DNA of 64,000 bases from a virus, in IMG/VR virus record IMGVR_UViG_3300023179_000037, positions 32,001-96,000 of that record; one strand, written 5' to 3'. A program made the position numbers and the translations under genes. Positions 16,101 to 26,871 of this stretch are shown here, one piece after another (within the stretch, counting starts at the first letter, position 1; the number at the start of each line of letters is the position of its first letter). The notes under the pieces are model-generated. The model saw only the letters and a list, made by a program, of their open reading frames with translations. It had not been told where the DNA came from and did not search any database.

Positions 16101-16661
16101 ATGAATACATTTGATTTTACTGAGAAGGCATTAGTTAAAGAAGCTAGACGTCTTAATCTTGTCAAGAAAGTTGGCGAACGAAACTTAACTGAAGATGAAA
16201 CTAGTCTATTGGTAGCGTTTACTAAATACGAATACCAACTAAAGAAAGAAAAACTTAAGAATCTACCTGAAAGTAAATTACGAAAACTAAAAGAAAGGCA
16301 TGGTGCCAGTTATCGTAGACGCAAAGCTGATCCTTTACGTTTCGGTAAAATGGAACATACTGCTCTCAAAACAAGAGCAAAATCAAAAGATCTTAAATTT
16401 GATCTTACTCCAGAATACATTCAAAAGAAATTTGACGAATGTGACGGAAAATGTGCTATTACCAAAATTCCCTTTAGTATGGAGATGGGTACCAAAGGAA
16501 AACGAAATCCTTATAGACCCAGTGTAGATCGAATTAACTCAAATAGAGGATATATTAAAGGGAATATTCAAGTAGTATTAGCTGTCGTAAATACTATGAA
16601 AATGGATTATACCAATGATATTTTACACCCTGTAGTTAAAGCATGGGCAGAAAATATTTAA
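16101..16661 (+). CDS. His-Me finger / HNH-like endonuclease
   Basis: CAITKIPF..PSVDRINSNRGYIKGNIQVV..VN.MK; flanked by terminators. Confidence 0.75.
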   Translation: MNTFDFTEKALVKEARRLNLVKKVGERNLTEDETSLLVAFTKYEYQLKKEKLKNLPESKLRKLKERHGASYRRRKADPLRFGKMEHTALKTRAKSKDLKFDLTPEYIQKKFDECDGKCAITKIPFSMEMGTKGKRNPYRPSVDRINSNRGYIKGNIQVVLAVVNTMKMDYTNDILHPVVKAWAENI

Positions 16662-16678
16662 TTTTAATCACTATCTTC

Positions 16679-16703
16679 AGGGGCCTTCGGGCCCTTTCTT
16701 TTT
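16679..16703 (+). terminator. Intrinsic terminator with UUCG tetraloop
   Basis: AGGGGCC-TTCG-GGCCCTT then TCTTTTT. Confidence 0.85.
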
Positions 16704-16755
16704 GATTTTCTAGAACTAATAAATATTAGAATAAATTTGTTCTAATGGAGAAAAA

Positions 16756-17880
16756 ATGGCCTCACTTTTTAAAAATTTTAGGCAAAAACTTGATGAAGCT
16801 AGGGGATTTATTAGCAGCTATGGTAATGAAGCAGAAAAACATAAAATGAAATATCTAGATCCATACGTTGGTTCTGAAAATCCCACACATGAGGTTGGAA
16901 CCAAACATGAAAATTTAAAAATTGGATCTAAAGTTAGATTACATTCTGTCTATACTGGAAATGATAAAAAAAATTATGCTGTAGTTTCCGGTGAAGATAA
17001 AAAACAAGTTACTATTCCTGTTTCTAAGTTATTAAAACCCGGTGAGGAAAAGGTTAATCTTGGTACTAAATACGAATCAGACTTTGTGGATAGACTTAGA
17101 AAACATGGATTAGTTCCAGAAAAATTTCAAGCTGCAGGATCTACTGCAGGCGCAGATGTTATGGTTTTGAATAAAAAGAAAAATATTACACACCCAGGTC
17201 GAGTGATGAGTGGGGATAGTGTGTTTCAAGGCGAGGTCAAACAAGATATAACCGCAGCTATGGGGCAGTTAACAATTAGACACAATAAAGAAAAAGGATG
17301 GCATATTCCAGATGATGCAAGAGCCAAAAGACCTAAATATGCCGCCGAAATAGAAAAGGCAGGCATTTTAGAACACATGAATAAAACAATACCCGATCCA
17401 AATACAGCAGAAACAACCGCTAGTGGTAGAGCCAAAAGTATTGTTTTGAAACATTCTGATCTATCTCCTGCAGATGCGTATTTACAAGATCATCATGTTG
17501 ATTTTGTTCAAGTAGGTTCGGGGTTCGGTACCTATAAGGTAGGAGACAAGGATAAAACAGAGCATGGATTGCCCGGATTACGAGGTAACGGGAAATGGAC
17601 TATTAGAGAAAAACAAGCAGGCAATAAGAATTCTAGAACAGTAATGTTTCAACCCGATGGTAAAAAGGGTTTGATAAAAAGTCATGTAAATTTAGATGAT
17701 GATAAACATTTAGAAGATTTTAAAAAGACTCTTGGTCATAGTGTAGTAAATAAAACTAAAGAAAACCAAAACGTACCTGAAACAAAGCAATCTGCAACTA
17801 AAAATGCACAGTTATCTGCAGAACCTTCTCATATTATTGTCCATGCTGGTGATACGAATAAAAAAATAAGAATAAAATAA
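16756..17880 (+). CDS. Putative internal head protein with PD-(D/E)xK-like motif
   Basis: N-terminus FKNFRQKLDEA; E..AGADV..GEVK; AATAAATA late-promoter-like element at 16718. Confidence 0.55.
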   Translation: MASLFKNFRQKLDEARGFISSYGNEAEKHKMKYLDPYVGSENPTHEVGTKHENLKIGSKVRLHSVYTGNDKKNYAVVSGEDKKQVTIPVSKLLKPGEEKVNLGTKYESDFVDRLRKHGLVPEKFQAAGSTAGADVMVLNKKKNITHPGRVMSGDSVFQGEVKQDITAAMGQLTIRHNKEKGWHIPDDARAKRPKYAAEIEKAGILEHMNKTIPDPNTAETTASGRAKSIVLKHSDLSPADAYLQDHHVDFVQVGSGFGTYKVGDKDKTEHGLPGLRGNGKWTIREKQAGNKNSRTVMFQPDGKKGLIKSHVNLDDDKHLEDFKKTLGHSVVNKTKENQNVPETKQSATKNAQLSAEPSHIIVHAGDTNKKIRIK

Positions 17881-19043
17881 TGTATTCCTTTAAGTCATAT
17901 TTTTATGAATCAGTGACGGATGAGAGCAAACTAACTCATCTTGAACATTTAGAAGACCATGTGATAAATGCTGGATCGGAAGGATTTCACCATGCTGTTA
18001 ACAATCTAGTACAGACGCACAATCTTTTAACTGGAAAAAAATCTAATGCTTCCATTTCCACAAAATATGATGGAAGTCCAAGTATAATAGCCGGACATAA
18101 TCCTGAGAATGGTAAATTCTTTGTGGCATCAAAATCCGTATTCAATAAAAACCCAAAATTAAATTATACAATCGAGGATATAGCTAAAAATCATGGCCAT
18201 GCGCCTGGATTAGTATCTAAATTAAGTCATGCATTAAAATATCTACCAAAGGTGATACCCCCGGGTAAAGTATATCAAGGCGATCTAATGTATAGTAAAG
18301 ATGACGGTGATGTGCAAGAGACTAAAGATAGTTATCACTTTAAACCCAATACTATTACTTATTCAGTAAAAAAGAATAATCCAGAAGCCAATAAAATTAA
18401 AAAAGCTAAATTAGGTGTTGCTTTTCATACTGCATATAGTGGACCTAGTTTAGACAATATGAAGGCAGAATATAATGCCGACACCGGACATCTAAAAGCT
18501 AACGACAATGTTCATATCATCAATACAAAGTTTGATCATACCGCTGCTACGTTAACTCCTAAAGCAAATGAAGAATATAATAAACATTTTTCTGCTGCTA
18601 TTGCTGAACACAATAAATTACAAAATTATGGACATCAGAATGGCCATGAGGATAGAATGAAGGAATATATTAATCAAACAGTTAAAGATGAATCAACGCC
18701 TAATACTAATGATTACAAAAAGTATCTAAAATCTTGGCATAGTAAACAGATAGATAAGGTGAAGACTCAAGTAGCCAAACAAAGAAAAACTAATGAGATG
18801 AATAGTGTTCTAAATCACGTTGATACTCATAAATCTCATTTTGATTCAAGTTTTAAGATACACCATCATCTACAAAAGGCTAAAGACATTTTGACACACT
18901 CTATGGCAGCTGCAGACTTTGATTATAACCATAGTATAAATGGAAAAGCAGCAAAACCAGAAGGTTTTGTAGTTGCCATAAATAACCGACCAACTAAATT
19001 TGTTGACAGAGAAGAATTTAGTAAAGCTAATTTTCAAAGATGA
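17880..19043 (+). CDS. Conserved T4-like protein with ligase-like KxDG and EGxV motifs
   Basis: KLTHLEHLED, TKYDGSP, FFVASKSVFNK, YQGDLMY, PEGFVV, KFVDREEFS. Confidence 0.65.
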   Translation: MYSFKSYFYESVTDESKLTHLEHLEDHVINAGSEGFHHAVNNLVQTHNLLTGKKSNASISTKYDGSPSIIAGHNPENGKFFVASKSVFNKNPKLNYTIEDIAKNHGHAPGLVSKLSHALKYLPKVIPPGKVYQGDLMYSKDDGDVQETKDSYHFKPNTITYSVKKNNPEANKIKKAKLGVAFHTAYSGPSLDNMKAEYNADTGHLKANDNVHIINTKFDHTAATLTPKANEEYNKHFSAAIAEHNKLQNYGHQNGHEDRMKEYINQTVKDESTPNTNDYKKYLKSWHSKQIDKVKTQVAKQRKTNEMNSVLNHVDTHKSHFDSSFKIHHHLQKAKDILTHSMAAADFDYNHSINGKAAKPEGFVVAINNRPTKFVDREEFSKANFQR

Positions 19044-19555
19044 AATCATTTAGAGATTACAATAAACAAAAAGAAATTATTAGAGATTTCGTAGAATATA
19101 CTAGTAAAGAACTTGGACTTAAAGAAGTCCCTAAAGTTTTCTTTAGTGATTCAAAAAAAGAAGCATTTGATAATACAAGCTTCGGACATTATAATCCAAG
19201 CGAAAACAAAATAATGGTAAATACTGCAGGTAGGCATCTTGCAGACATACTCAGAACATTAGGTCACGAAATGGTTCATCATAAACAAAACGAAGATGGT
19301 AGACTTCATGCATTAGCTGGTGAAACAGGATCATCCTTTGAAAATGAAGCAAATTCTATGGCTGGTATACTTCTTCGTAATTTCGGTAGATCTAATCCAA
19401 CTATATACGAAGACTATGAAAACCATTATCGCTTCGATTGGGGAACTCCCGAAGGAACAAAATATATGATGAGCTTACATCCTTGGAATATAATATCACC
19501 TACAACAGCTAAAGAAATAATCAAAAATAAAATTAAAAATAGAAATTTAAAGTAA
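19040..19555 (+). CDS. Zn-metallopeptidase-like protein
   Basis: RTLGHEMVHHKQ (HExxH) and ENEANSMAG. Confidence 0.75.
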   Translation: MKSFRDYNKQKEIIRDFVEYTSKELGLKEVPKVFFSDSKKEAFDNTSFGHYNPSENKIMVNTAGRHLADILRTLGHEMVHHKQNEDGRLHALAGETGSSFENEANSMAGILLRNFGRSNPTIYEDYENHYRFDWGTPEGTKYMMSLHPWNIISPTTAKEIIKNKIKNRNLK

Positions 19556-19601
19556 CTTTATCATCTAGGCTCATAGTAAATAATAACACCTTGTCAATAG
19601 A

Positions 19602-20366
19602 ATGTCTATAAAATCTATCAAAGAAAAGCAACTTTTGGTCAACTTAGCCAATTATTTTGGACAGAAAGTCGATAAATCTATAATTGAGGATGTGAATATA
19701 CGCAATAATTTAGTTAATAATATAAAAGAAAATATTCGCTCTAATGTTTTTGAAGATTTATCGGATGCATTGGATCTTATAAAGAATGAAACAAATAAAG
19801 TATCACAATTGCAAAATAATACTTTACCAAATATATCAGATCATCTAATAGAAAAAAAAGTTATTATAGTAGAAGAAAAAAATGAAGAGATAGGTTTTAG
19901 CCGAAGTCTTACTGATCTTGCCTCGGAAGCTATTACTGCTAGCGCAAAAAGAGACTCCTTCCAGCAACCTGATCCCTTGTTGGTGGCGCCAGATATAAAT
20001 TCTATTCAAAAGAAAATTAGATATCTTGAGCAATGGATAGCTAAATTATCTGAAACAGGTCCAGGAGGGGGAGCAGGATCAGTAGCTAGATTAGATCATG
20101 AAACTAAACTGGTAACTACTCCTTATTATGAAATAACAACCAAAGATTTTTATATAGGTATAAATTACAATGGTAATGTTACTATTACTTTGCCAAGTAT
20201 TATAAATGCTGGTAGAATGTATATTATAAAAGATGAATCTGGAAACTGTTCTGTAAATCCAATAACTGTTTTAGGGACAGTTGACAATGATGCAGGTGGT
20301 TTTATTTTACAACAAGATAATGGCGGTGTACAATTAATTTATAGAAATGGTTGGAGAATAGTATGA
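19602..20366 (+). CDS. Hypothetical protein with C-terminal beta-rich structural module
   Basis: GPGGG hinge then ITLP..GRMYIIKDESG. Confidence 0.6.
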   Translation: MSIKSIKEKQLLVNLANYFGQKVDKSIIEDVNIRNNLVNNIKENIRSNVFEDLSDALDLIKNETNKVSQLQNNTLPNISDHLIEKKVIIVEEKNEEIGFSRSLTDLASEAITASAKRDSFQQPDPLLVAPDINSIQKKIRYLEQWIAKLSETGPGGGAGSVARLDHETKLVTTPYYEITTKDFYIGINYNGNVTITLPSIINAGRMYIIKDESGNCSVNPITVLGTVDNDAGGFILQQDNGGVQLIYRNGWRIV

Positions 20367-21649
20367 CTTATCTATTTACTACTAGTAATACAGCTACTAT
20401 AGTTAACGAAGTAGAAATAAAAAATAATTCTGGCAATGCTATATCTGTGGTACTTGCCGAAACTAATTACGATTCTTTTGGTAGATTTAGAACTACAACG
20501 CCCTATACTCTATTTGATTCCTCACAAAGATATGCCGATAATGGCAAATTTGCAACATCTAATACTGCAACCACCAGCTATTCTTTTCAGGCAAATACAG
20601 CTAGCATAGATATGGTGGTTGATACAACAGCTAATGCTAAAGTTTATAGAGAAAGCTACAGAGTATTTGCCTATCAACCAGGCAAATCCTTGCAGATTAT
20701 TAACACATTTGTCATGAATGCCAGCAAGGCAAATCTCAGACAGCGTGTAGGATATTTTAGTACAGACAATGGTATTTTTCTAGAGCAGTCAGATGATGTA
20801 TATTTTGTAAAACGATCCAAGGTAACTGGATCAGTTATAGATACAAAAATTGCACAATCTAATTGGAACATAGATCCCATGAATGGAACTGGTCCTTCAG
20901 GATTGACGTTAAATCTAAACTATCCGCAAATCTTTTGGATGGACATAGAATGGTTGGGTGTTGGCACAGTAAGAATGGGATTTGTAGTTAATGGTCGATT
21001 TATTCATTGTCATTCCATACACCATGCAAATCTTTCTAGCTCGCCTGCTGGCGCTTATATGCAAACAGCATGTCTGCCGGTAAGATATGAAATAGAAAAC
21101 ACTGGAGCAACTGCGAGTTCTTCTACTCTTAAGCAAATATGCTCTACAGTGATTTCAGAGGGTGGTTATGAACTAGCAGGAAAAATGCGAACCATAGGTA
21201 TGCAACCTATTACTGCTGCTAATTATAATCTAGCAACAGCCAATGTATTTTATCCAGTGGCCAGTATTAGATTAAAATCCACTCATTTAGATGCCATTGT
21301 CATTCCTAAGAACATAGCTTTGGTTGGTACAACACAAAGTGATTTTAGATACAAGATTATTTCTAATGCTAATGTTACTGGAGGTTCTTGGGTTTCTGAC
21401 GGCGCAGATTCTGCTGTAGAATACAACCTCTCTGGCACTTCTTTTACTGGAGGAACAGACTTAAGATCTTCTTATCTAATATCTACAGGTAGCCAGAGCT
21501 TAACTGTTGATCTCAGAGATGGTGATTTTAAATTTCAATTAGAAAGAGATAGTTTTACTGCAACTCCCATAACCTTTACCCTAGTAGCTGCTGCTAAAAA
21601 TAATAATGATAAAGTATTGGCTTCTATAGATTGGGAAGAAATCACATAG
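20363..21649 (+). CDS. Putative virion structural protein
   Basis: SD GGAG, ATGA overlap; DSFGRFR, YQPGKS, DIEWLGVG.VRMG motifs; beta-rich. Confidence 0.6.
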   Translation: MTYLFTTSNTATIVNEVEIKNNSGNAISVVLAETNYDSFGRFRTTTPYTLFDSSQRYADNGKFATSNTATTSYSFQANTASIDMVVDTTANAKVYRESYRVFAYQPGKSLQIINTFVMNASKANLRQRVGYFSTDNGIFLEQSDDVYFVKRSKVTGSVIDTKIAQSNWNIDPMNGTGPSGLTLNLNYPQIFWMDIEWLGVGTVRMGFVVNGRFIHCHSIHHANLSSSPAGAYMQTACLPVRYEIENTGATASSSTLKQICSTVISEGGYELAGKMRTIGMQPITAANYNLATANVFYPVASIRLKSTHLDAIVIPKNIALVGTTQSDFRYKIISNANVTGGSWVSDGADSAVEYNLSGTSFTGGTDLRSSYLISTGSQSLTVDLRDGDFKFQLERDSFTATPITFTLVAAAKNNNDKVLASIDWEEIT

Positions 21650-21672
21650 TAATTAACCAAAATATCTAATTT

Positions 21673-21680
21673 TATAAATA
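21673..21680 (+). promoter_or_regulatory. T4-type late promoter
   Basis: Exact TATAAATA in intergenic region before 21710. Confidence 0.7.
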
Positions 21681-21709
21681 AATAGATAACTATATTCTAA
21701 TGGACAACT

Positions 21710-23434
21710 ATGGCAATTAACGAATCAAAACACGAGGATCATGCTTTTGCAATAGGCGGATTCTCGCCCTTTACCCTAGGTCATCAAGCTGTAGCAAGGG
21801 AAATGCAAAAGGGTAAACACGCCAGTGTTAGTGTATACACCACTAAAGCTACCACTAGACCTATTCCTGTTGACAAAAAAGTAGAATATATCAAAAAATC
21901 TGTTGCGCCTTCCATACATGTGGGTGCAACAGTTACTCCACTTCACGCTCTATCAGATATGCACTCTAGAGGTTTGAGAGGATCCGTCACTTTCTATGGT
22001 GGTTCTGACAGAAAACCTATAGTTGACAGATTAAAACAATATAATGGTAAAGAGGGAGGACATGGTTATTATAAATTTGATGCTATTCATTTCAAACAGG
22101 TAGGCGGAGAAAGAAAAGAGGGAGCAAGTGGTCTAGCTGGTATTTCTGGTACTGCTGCCAGAGCTTCTAAGTCGCCCGAAGAACTGAAAAAGTTTATTCC
22201 GAAAGAATTGCACAAGCACGCTACTGAGATATTTAATCATATTCAAGATAAAACAAGTCAAAAGAAACCTATAAGGGAAAGATATATAAACGAGGAATTA
22301 TTTAATCTGTTAGATACTGTAGAGACGAAAGAGGGCCATATTGGAGAAATAGTATACAGAGGTTCAAATTATGTTACTATTCAATTACCAAATAATCAAA
22401 CAGTTAAGTCTTGGATTTATGAAATAAAAGAATCAAAACAAAATAAAATAGTAATAGAAAATACATTACCTGCAGAAAAAGAAAATACCTATGTTGTTAG
22501 ATATAGGCATAAAATAAATGAAAAAATTCCTGCTCTATTATTACCATCAAAAAAATTAATAGAAGAAATGGGACAAGTAAAATACGATGATTATACTACT
22601 AAAAATTTAGAAATAGATAAAACAGCTGGAAGATTACTAAAATCTATATCAACTAGAAATGATCTTAATCCAAAATATGTTAAACAGGCTATCATGGCAG
22701 TAGATAAAATGTTTGATATTGAAAAACAGGCAGCTAAAGGTAAAATTCCACCGGAAAAAGTGCACGATTTTACAATGTATGCTTCTATTGCGCATGATAC
22801 TCTTAATCTTCTTGGATATCAAGATAAAGAAATAATGTTTGTACAAAAACATTACATAGATTTTTCTAAAAATGTTGATGAAGATGATGCGGATCTTCAA
22901 GATGATGCCCCTGGACATTTAGTTGGGATTCATGGTGGGGGTGAAATCGATGAATGGACCGCCCCAGAAGAAAATAGATTTATTCAAAAGGGAAGAGCAA
23001 GTCCTGGCATGTTTAAAAAAATATCAACTGCTGACTACGAGACCAGAACCAGCCCTGATGGTAAAACTTATAAAGTAAAAAAACAAATTATTAGTAAAGG
23101 TCATCAAAAAATAGATGATAAAGATAAATCTAATGTACAACCATTTGTAGGAATGTACGAGGAAAAAATGAAATTTAACTACGATAAACCTATTAAAAAT
23201 CTAACTCATGATACAACTAAACCTGATAATAGAGTAGGATTAGTACCATTTAGTGATTTTTTAAAAATGAAACTTGATCAAAAAAATAAAGTATTTGGAA
23301 CAGAGATAGGAGGATCAAGTATTCAACAGCCTCCCCCAACATCTAATCAGACGAATTCAAAAAGTTTAGATTTAATTTCTAAAACAAAACAGGCAAAAAC
23401 AGCAGCAAAAAGAATTCAAATGGGACTTGATTGA
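21710..23434 (+). CDS. Cytidyltransferase-like (HxGH nucleotidyltransferase) multidomain protein
   Basis: GGFSPFTLGH, YGGSDR, ISGTAAR in N-terminal domain. Confidence 0.7.
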   Translation: MAINESKHEDHAFAIGGFSPFTLGHQAVAREMQKGKHASVSVYTTKATTRPIPVDKKVEYIKKSVAPSIHVGATVTPLHALSDMHSRGLRGSVTFYGGSDRKPIVDRLKQYNGKEGGHGYYKFDAIHFKQVGGERKEGASGLAGISGTAARASKSPEELKKFIPKELHKHATEIFNHIQDKTSQKKPIRERYINEELFNLLDTVETKEGHIGEIVYRGSNYVTIQLPNNQTVKSWIYEIKESKQNKIVIENTLPAEKENTYVVRYRHKINEKIPALLLPSKKLIEEMGQVKYDDYTTKNLEIDKTAGRLLKSISTRNDLNPKYVKQAIMAVDKMFDIEKQAAKGKIPPEKVHDFTMYASIAHDTLNLLGYQDKEIMFVQKHYIDFSKNVDEDDADLQDDAPGHLVGIHGGGEIDEWTAPEENRFIQKGRASPGMFKKISTADYETRTSPDGKTYKVKKQIISKGHQKIDDKDKSNVQPFVGMYEEKMKFNYDKPIKNLTHDTTKPDNRVGLVPFSDFLKMKLDQKNKVFGTEIGGSSIQQPPPTSNQTNSKSLDLISKTKQAKTAAKRIQMGLD

Positions 23435-23865
23435 TGGAACAATTGCAATTAGTTTTAAATAAAGTTTTAGCTGACACATTTGGTATGTATTATAAGGCAC
23501 ATACTTATCATTGGAATATTGAAGGTCCCAATTTTCCTCAATATCATACTTTTTTAAACAATCTATATGAAGAATTATTTGAAGCTGTAGATAATATAGC
23601 TGAATTTTTAAAAGCTATAGATGGATATCCACCGAAAAAATTATCGGCATTACAAAATATGATGTCCATAATTGAATCTGAACCTGATACGGCATTAGAG
23701 ATGATTAATGATTTAAACATTACTAATAACTTAGTTTTGATTTCATTAATGAGGGCATATCAATTAGCAGATGATGCTGATGAATTAGGTTTAGCTAATT
23801 TTATTCAAGATAGAATAGGTGTTCATCAGAAACATGGTTGGATGTTAAAAACAATACTAAAATGA
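23434..23865 (+). CDS. dps: Dps/ferritin-like protein
   Basis: HTYHWNIEGPNFPQYH..L..LYE..D.IAE, KHGWML. Confidence 0.88.
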   Translation: MEQLQLVLNKVLADTFGMYYKAHTYHWNIEGPNFPQYHTFLNNLYEELFEAVDNIAEFLKAIDGYPPKKLSALQNMMSIIESEPDTALEMINDLNITNNLVLISLMRAYQLADDADELGLANFIQDRIGVHQKHGWMLKTILK

Positions 23866-24332
23866 AAAAATTTAACGAATTTCTAACTGAAGGTAGAATT
23901 AAAGAAGAACAACTTAATGATTGGATTTCTGTTTTTACCTGGGAAGATATAAGTGATTTGTATGGTCTACACGAATTTGAATCTACCCCCGAAACTTTAT
24001 CTGAAAAAATTTCTGCCACAACAAGATTAAGAAAAAGTCAGCAACTAAAAACTAAATCTGCAAAATTACAAATGGCAAGGCAGATGAAGCTACTTCGTAC
24101 TTCTACACCGGCAATATTGAATAGAAGAGCTAAAGAAGCAGCGAGAAGAATGTTGATAAAAAAGCTTTTACAAGGTAAAGATAAATCACAATTATCTGCT
24201 CAAGAAAGGGATAGAATAGAACAAAGCGTATCTAATCTTATTTCTACAAATCCCGTATTTGTTCAAAAAATGATTATGAAAGTTAAAAAATTAGAACAAT
24301 CAAGATTAATCAGTAAAAATAATACTAAATGA
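23862..24332 (+). CDS. Putative internal head / prohead core-type protein
   Basis: Starts MKKFNEFLTE (similar to the T4 IP targeting peptide); basic helical C-half. Confidence 0.6.
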   Translation: MKKFNEFLTEGRIKEEQLNDWISVFTWEDISDLYGLHEFESTPETLSEKISATTRLRKSQQLKTKSAKLQMARQMKLLRTSTPAILNRRAKEAARRMLIKKLLQGKDKSQLSAQERDRIEQSVSNLISTNPVFVQKMIMKVKKLEQSRLISKNNTK

Positions 24333-26830
24333 AGATTCCTATAACTAATGAGGATCTAAGAACCTGGTTTAGACAAAAATGGGTTCGAATGGATACTAAA
24401 GGTAATATAAAGGGTGACTGCGCTAGAGAAGAAGGTGAAGGTAAACCAAAATGCTTGCCCTTGGCTAAAGCATCATCAATGAGTAAAACTGATAGAGCAG
24501 CTGCAGTAAAAAGAAAAAGAAGAGAAGATCCTATAGCAGATAGATTCGGTAAAGGCGGTAAACCAATAAATGTTAGGACAGAGAAAATGGATTTAGAGGA
24601 AGAAAATAAACCAACGAAACCTGATCTATGGGCAAGAGCAAAGGCATTGGCAAAATCTAAATTCGATGTTTACCCTTCTGCTTATGCTAATGGTTGGGCG
24701 GCTAAATGGTATAAATCTAAAGGTGGGAGTTGGAAATCTGTCAGTGAGGGTATAGATGACGAAGGTGGAATGGCTAAAGGTGATTTGGAAACTATAGCAT
24801 CTAAAGCTAAAGAATTGTCTAAAATGATGAAAAAAAATAAACAACTTGATGCTTGGGTACAATCTAAAATAACTAAAGCTGATGATTATATCGGTTCAGT
24901 GCATGATTTTTTAAAGAATGGAAAACAAGAAGTAGATGAACAAATGCAAAAGAAAACATTTTTTACACTTAGAGAACAACTTGATTCTGTTTGTATAGAT
25001 TGTGATGATTCTCTTTATGGATCGGTAGAAGAAGATTTTGAACCAACAGGTGAAGAACAATATGAGAATTGGGATCTACAGGAATCTACATATTCGTACG
25101 ATCCTTTCAAATCAATTACAAAATTTAATACAACGTCTAAAGGGCACACAGTTGTAGGTATAACCAAGGATGAGCAAGGACGAAAAGGTGCAAATATTTT
25201 AAAACATAAAAGTGGAGGATATTTTGCATCACCCGGATCATTAACTAGACCAGAGGGCGATATACATAAAACACCCGAAGAAGCTGCTAAAGCATTTCAT
25301 ACGAAGCGTAATGAAAAACTAGTTGAAGCTGAAACACCATTGTCCTATATGCTTAAAAATCCAGGCAAAAAAGTGCCCTTTCATTTAGATCCAAATAGAC
25401 CATTTGACCCAGATATGCCTAAGAAAAATCCAGTGGCCAAAGCAGGCAAATATGGGCAAGGTTTCTCTACAGCAAAACACTTGGCTAAACAGGGCATGGC
25501 AAGTGTTAGTAAAAAGAAAATCAAAGAAACACATGATCAAGCATATCAATCATCTTATGGTGATAATAATGCTATAGATATTTTACAAAACTGGAAAAAT
25601 GAGGTTCCGGCGCAATATGCTGAGCATTTAATGAATACTTTTGGTGAACCCGATGATATAACTAGTGATCTGGTAATATGGAAAAATACCGATGGATTTA
25701 AACGAATAGAAATTAAAGATGAATATGTAATGCATACTAGTCCAGAACCACATTATGATTATTGTTATTGTTTTATTGATCTTAAAGTGCCTCATATGCT
25801 TGCTACATCATTAGCTGATTGTAGCGAAAGTATTTTAATAGATTTTTTAAAAAATGAGGTAGGTGCAAGATGTGCAAGCTTAGCGGCAAATGCTGTGACA
25901 CTAAATTTTGTAATGGATGTAGTTGCCGGCAGAGCGAAACCAACTAAACAAGAATATGAATCTAGAATAATGAAAATGCATGATGCATTTGATCAGGGAA
26001 AAACCTTTAAAATAGATTGGTGGCCAGACGAAAGTCATGATACTGATCCCAATAATCCTTACTACGCTGAGGATACTGAGGGTGATTTGTATGAAGCAAA
26101 AAATCTTGCACAGCAAGCAGCAATTGCAATTGCTATGAAAAAAGCAGGTATACCCCCTAAGAATGTAGATGAAGCCAAATATCAAAAATTAACTCCTCGA
26201 CAAAAATTTACTAATTCTTTAGCACGTGCAGGCTATGATGTAAATGCCAGTTCAAAACGAATACAAGACTTATTAGCTAAGCAAAAGAAAGAGCGTGAAG
26301 AAAGAGAAAAGCAAAGTGTGGCGGAAGGCGCTAAATGGCGTAAACACCCAGATGCATATGATGTAGATGATGAGGGTAATAAAACACCTCGTAATCCTAA
26401 TAGTTCTAAGTTTGGTTACGATCCACTTCAACGCAGAGCAGATACAGCAAATGATGCTAAAACTTCCAAAGGTAAGGTATCAGCATTAAAAACCTCATTG
26501 AAAATGGCTAAAGGTCAGAAAGGTGTGGCGGAAGGCATTGAACTACAAGAAGCAGAAAAGAATGGTAGAACTGTTCAGCTAAATAAACCATTTAGAACAT
26601 CTGATGGCAAAGGAAAATTTGCTGTTTATACAAAGAATGATAAAGGCAATGTGGTAAAGGTTAATTTTGGAGATACTACAGGATTAACCATAAAGACTGG
26701 TAATCCAGAAAGACGTCGAAGTTTTAGAGCTAGACATAATTGTGATGATCCGGGGCCTCGTTATAAAGCGCGTTTCTGGGCATGCAAAAGTTGGTCCAAA
26801 GATACTGTTTCTGCAGGCTTAGGTACTTAA
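24329..26830 (+). CDS. Large modular putative internal head polyprotein
   Basis: Small domains separated by (L/V/I)xE-type linkers; YPSAYANGW and RRRSFRARHNC modules. Confidence 0.6.
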   Translation: MKIPITNEDLRTWFRQKWVRMDTKGNIKGDCAREEGEGKPKCLPLAKASSMSKTDRAAAVKRKRREDPIADRFGKGGKPINVRTEKMDLEEENKPTKPDLWARAKALAKSKFDVYPSAYANGWAAKWYKSKGGSWKSVSEGIDDEGGMAKGDLETIASKAKELSKMMKKNKQLDAWVQSKITKADDYIGSVHDFLKNGKQEVDEQMQKKTFFTLREQLDSVCIDCDDSLYGSVEEDFEPTGEEQYENWDLQESTYSYDPFKSITKFNTTSKGHTVVGITKDEQGRKGANILKHKSGGYFASPGSLTRPEGDIHKTPEEAAKAFHTKRNEKLVEAETPLSYMLKNPGKKVPFHLDPNRPFDPDMPKKNPVAKAGKYGQGFSTAKHLAKQGMASVSKKKIKETHDQAYQSSYGDNNAIDILQNWKNEVPAQYAEHLMNTFGEPDDITSDLVIWKNTDGFKRIEIKDEYVMHTSPEPHYDYCYCFIDLKVPHMLATSLADCSESILIDFLKNEVGARCASLAANAVTLNFVMDVVAGRAKPTKQEYESRIMKMHDAFDQGKTFKIDWWPDESHDTDPNNPYYAEDTEGDLYEAKNLAQQAAIAIAMKKAGIPPKNVDEAKYQKLTPRQKFTNSLARAGYDVNASSKRIQDLLAKQKKEREEREKQSVAEGAKWRKHPDAYDVDDEGNKTPRNPNSSKFGYDPLQRRADTANDAKTSKGKVSALKTSLKMAKGQKGVAEGIELQEAEKNGRTVQLNKPFRTSDGKGKFAVYTKNDKGNVVKVNFGDTTGLTIKTGNPERRRSFRARHNCDDPGPRYKARFWACKSWSKDTVSAGLGT

Positions 26831-26871
26831 TCAAATAAATATAATAATAAGAATTAATAAAAGGAACTACA

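Noticed and set aside
19569-19597. Minus-strand TTGACA at 19592-19597 as an antisense promoter
   Set aside because: No acceptable -10 at 16-18 nt spacing.
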